Positions 63,529 through 64,000 of a stretch of 64,000 nt of DNA are shown here, in pieces. Below the pieces are notes generated by a model. That model saw only the letters and a list, made by a program, of their open reading frames with translations, made no database searches and was not told the origin of the DNA. Positions within the stretch are counted from its first letter, which is position 1. The number at the start of each line of letters is the position of its first letter. This DNA is from Eubacteriales bacterium. Its GTDB lineage: Bacteria; Bacillota; Clostridia; Lachnospirales; Lachnospiraceae. The position numbers were made by a program, and so were the translations under genes. The stretch lies in contig JAUNJG010000007.1 in assembly GCA_030533385.1 (NCBI GenBank), forward strand, positions 638-64,637, in the 5' to 3' direction.

Positions 63529-64000
63529 CTATTTTTGATGCCGGACGTTCAGGTGCAGCAGCTCCTCGATGCCGACAGCCACTCCATCTTCCCGGTTTCC
63601 CGGCAAAATTTTGTCTGCGGCGGCCAGACAGCCCGGGCTGGCATTTTTCACGGCAAATCCGATTCCGGCAAAGCGGAGCATGTCGATGTCGTTGTCCGCA
63701 TTTCCAAAGCTGGCGGCTTCCTCTGGAAGGATGCCCGACCGCTTCAGAATATAGGCAAGTCCGGCATGTTTTCCCGCCTTTTTGGACACGGTCTCAATGC
63801 GCCCTTTCACGGAGGAAGTCACATACACATCAGGAAGGCGGCTTATGTCCTGATAGAGGATGTCGTAGAGAGCCTCGTCGGCAGTCAGAATATCCACGCC
63901 GTACAGTTCTTTTTGGTGAGTTCTCATAAAAGAGAAGATATCGGGAACAGAACTTCTCGTTCTTTGTACATATTCCGCATGAGATATGCCGTAAGGCGCC
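63529..64000 (-). CDS. Cof-type HAD-IIB family hydrolase (C-terminal part; the gene runs off the window edge)
   Basis: The C-terminal HAD motifs are KGRIETVSKKAGKHAGLAYI and SFGNADNDIDMLRFAGIGFAVKNA. The reading frame stays open upstream of the first Met out to nt 64000. Confidence 0.8.
   Translation of the reverse strand, partial: APYGISHAEYVQRTRSSVPDIFSFMRTHQKELYGVDILTADEALYDILYQDISRLPDVYVTSSVKGRIETVSKKAGKHAGLAYILKRSGILPEEAASFGNADNDIDMLRFAGIGFAVKNASPGCLAAADKILPGNREDGVAVGIEELLHLNVRHQK

Noticed and set aside
1-64000. A window-wide search for CRISPR arrays, tRNA/rRNA genes, IS elements, integrases and phage genes.
   Set aside because: I saw no regularly spaced repeat arrays, no tRNA-like cloverleaf segments in the intergenic regions, and no transposase, integrase or recombinase-like ORFs. 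The window appears to be core chromosome.

Overview
This is a chromosomal segment from a spore-forming Firmicute. Gene content and roughly 50% GC look Clostridia/Lachnospiraceae-like, but that taxon call is inference only. I found no rRNA, tRNA, CRISPR array, transposase, integrase or prophage signature.

Most of the window is housekeeping, in this order:
- a PPEP-like secreted metalloprotease
- an HD-tarI-tarJ operon (CDP-ribitol synthesis)
- an alanine/glycine:cation symporter, an S1-domain protein, a hotdog thioesterase and a pseudouridine synthase
- ligA and metA
- a Tm-1-like cluster: an AraC regulator with a PEP-hydrolase-like sensor domain, a UPF0261 protein and a PEP-hydrolase-like TIM barrel
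- a split chrA pair, a solo RHH regulator, a NUDIX hydrolase, an S8 peptidase and an Amidase_3
- an XpaC-like/TelA-like pair and an SH3b-NlpC/P60 hydrolase
- an orphan McrB-like protein with degenerate NTPase motifs, and a CNNM/CorC-type transporter
- a truncated sigma-70 paralogue followed by dnaG-rpoD, then trmK, trmO and dus
- a secreted S8 subtilase followed by three co-directional genes of unknown function: a protein of about 1180 aa that is mostly helical, a degenerate Hsp70/actin-fold protein and a TPR protein
- valS, folC, a 49-aa ORF coupled to folC, and a zinc-ribbon/TPR membrane protein
- spoIIAA-spoIIAB-sigF, then spoVAA-spoVAB-spoVAC
- three c-di-GMP signalling proteins
- a TPP riboswitch controlling a thiamine-binding protein and ThiXYZ-like ABC transporter genes
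- a partial Cof-type HAD hydrolase at the right edge

The best candidates for undescribed biology are:
1. the subtilase / large helical protein / pseudo-Hsp70 / TPR block (34.7-42.5 kb)
2. the orphan McrB-like pseudo-NTPase (23.4-26.2 kb)
3. the region-4-less sigma paralogue upstream of dnaG (28.0-28.8 kb)
4. the Tm-1-like cluster, whose regulator carries a paralogue of the enzyme as its sensor domain (10.8-14.4 kb)

All family assignments come from motif recognition by eye. No database search was run.
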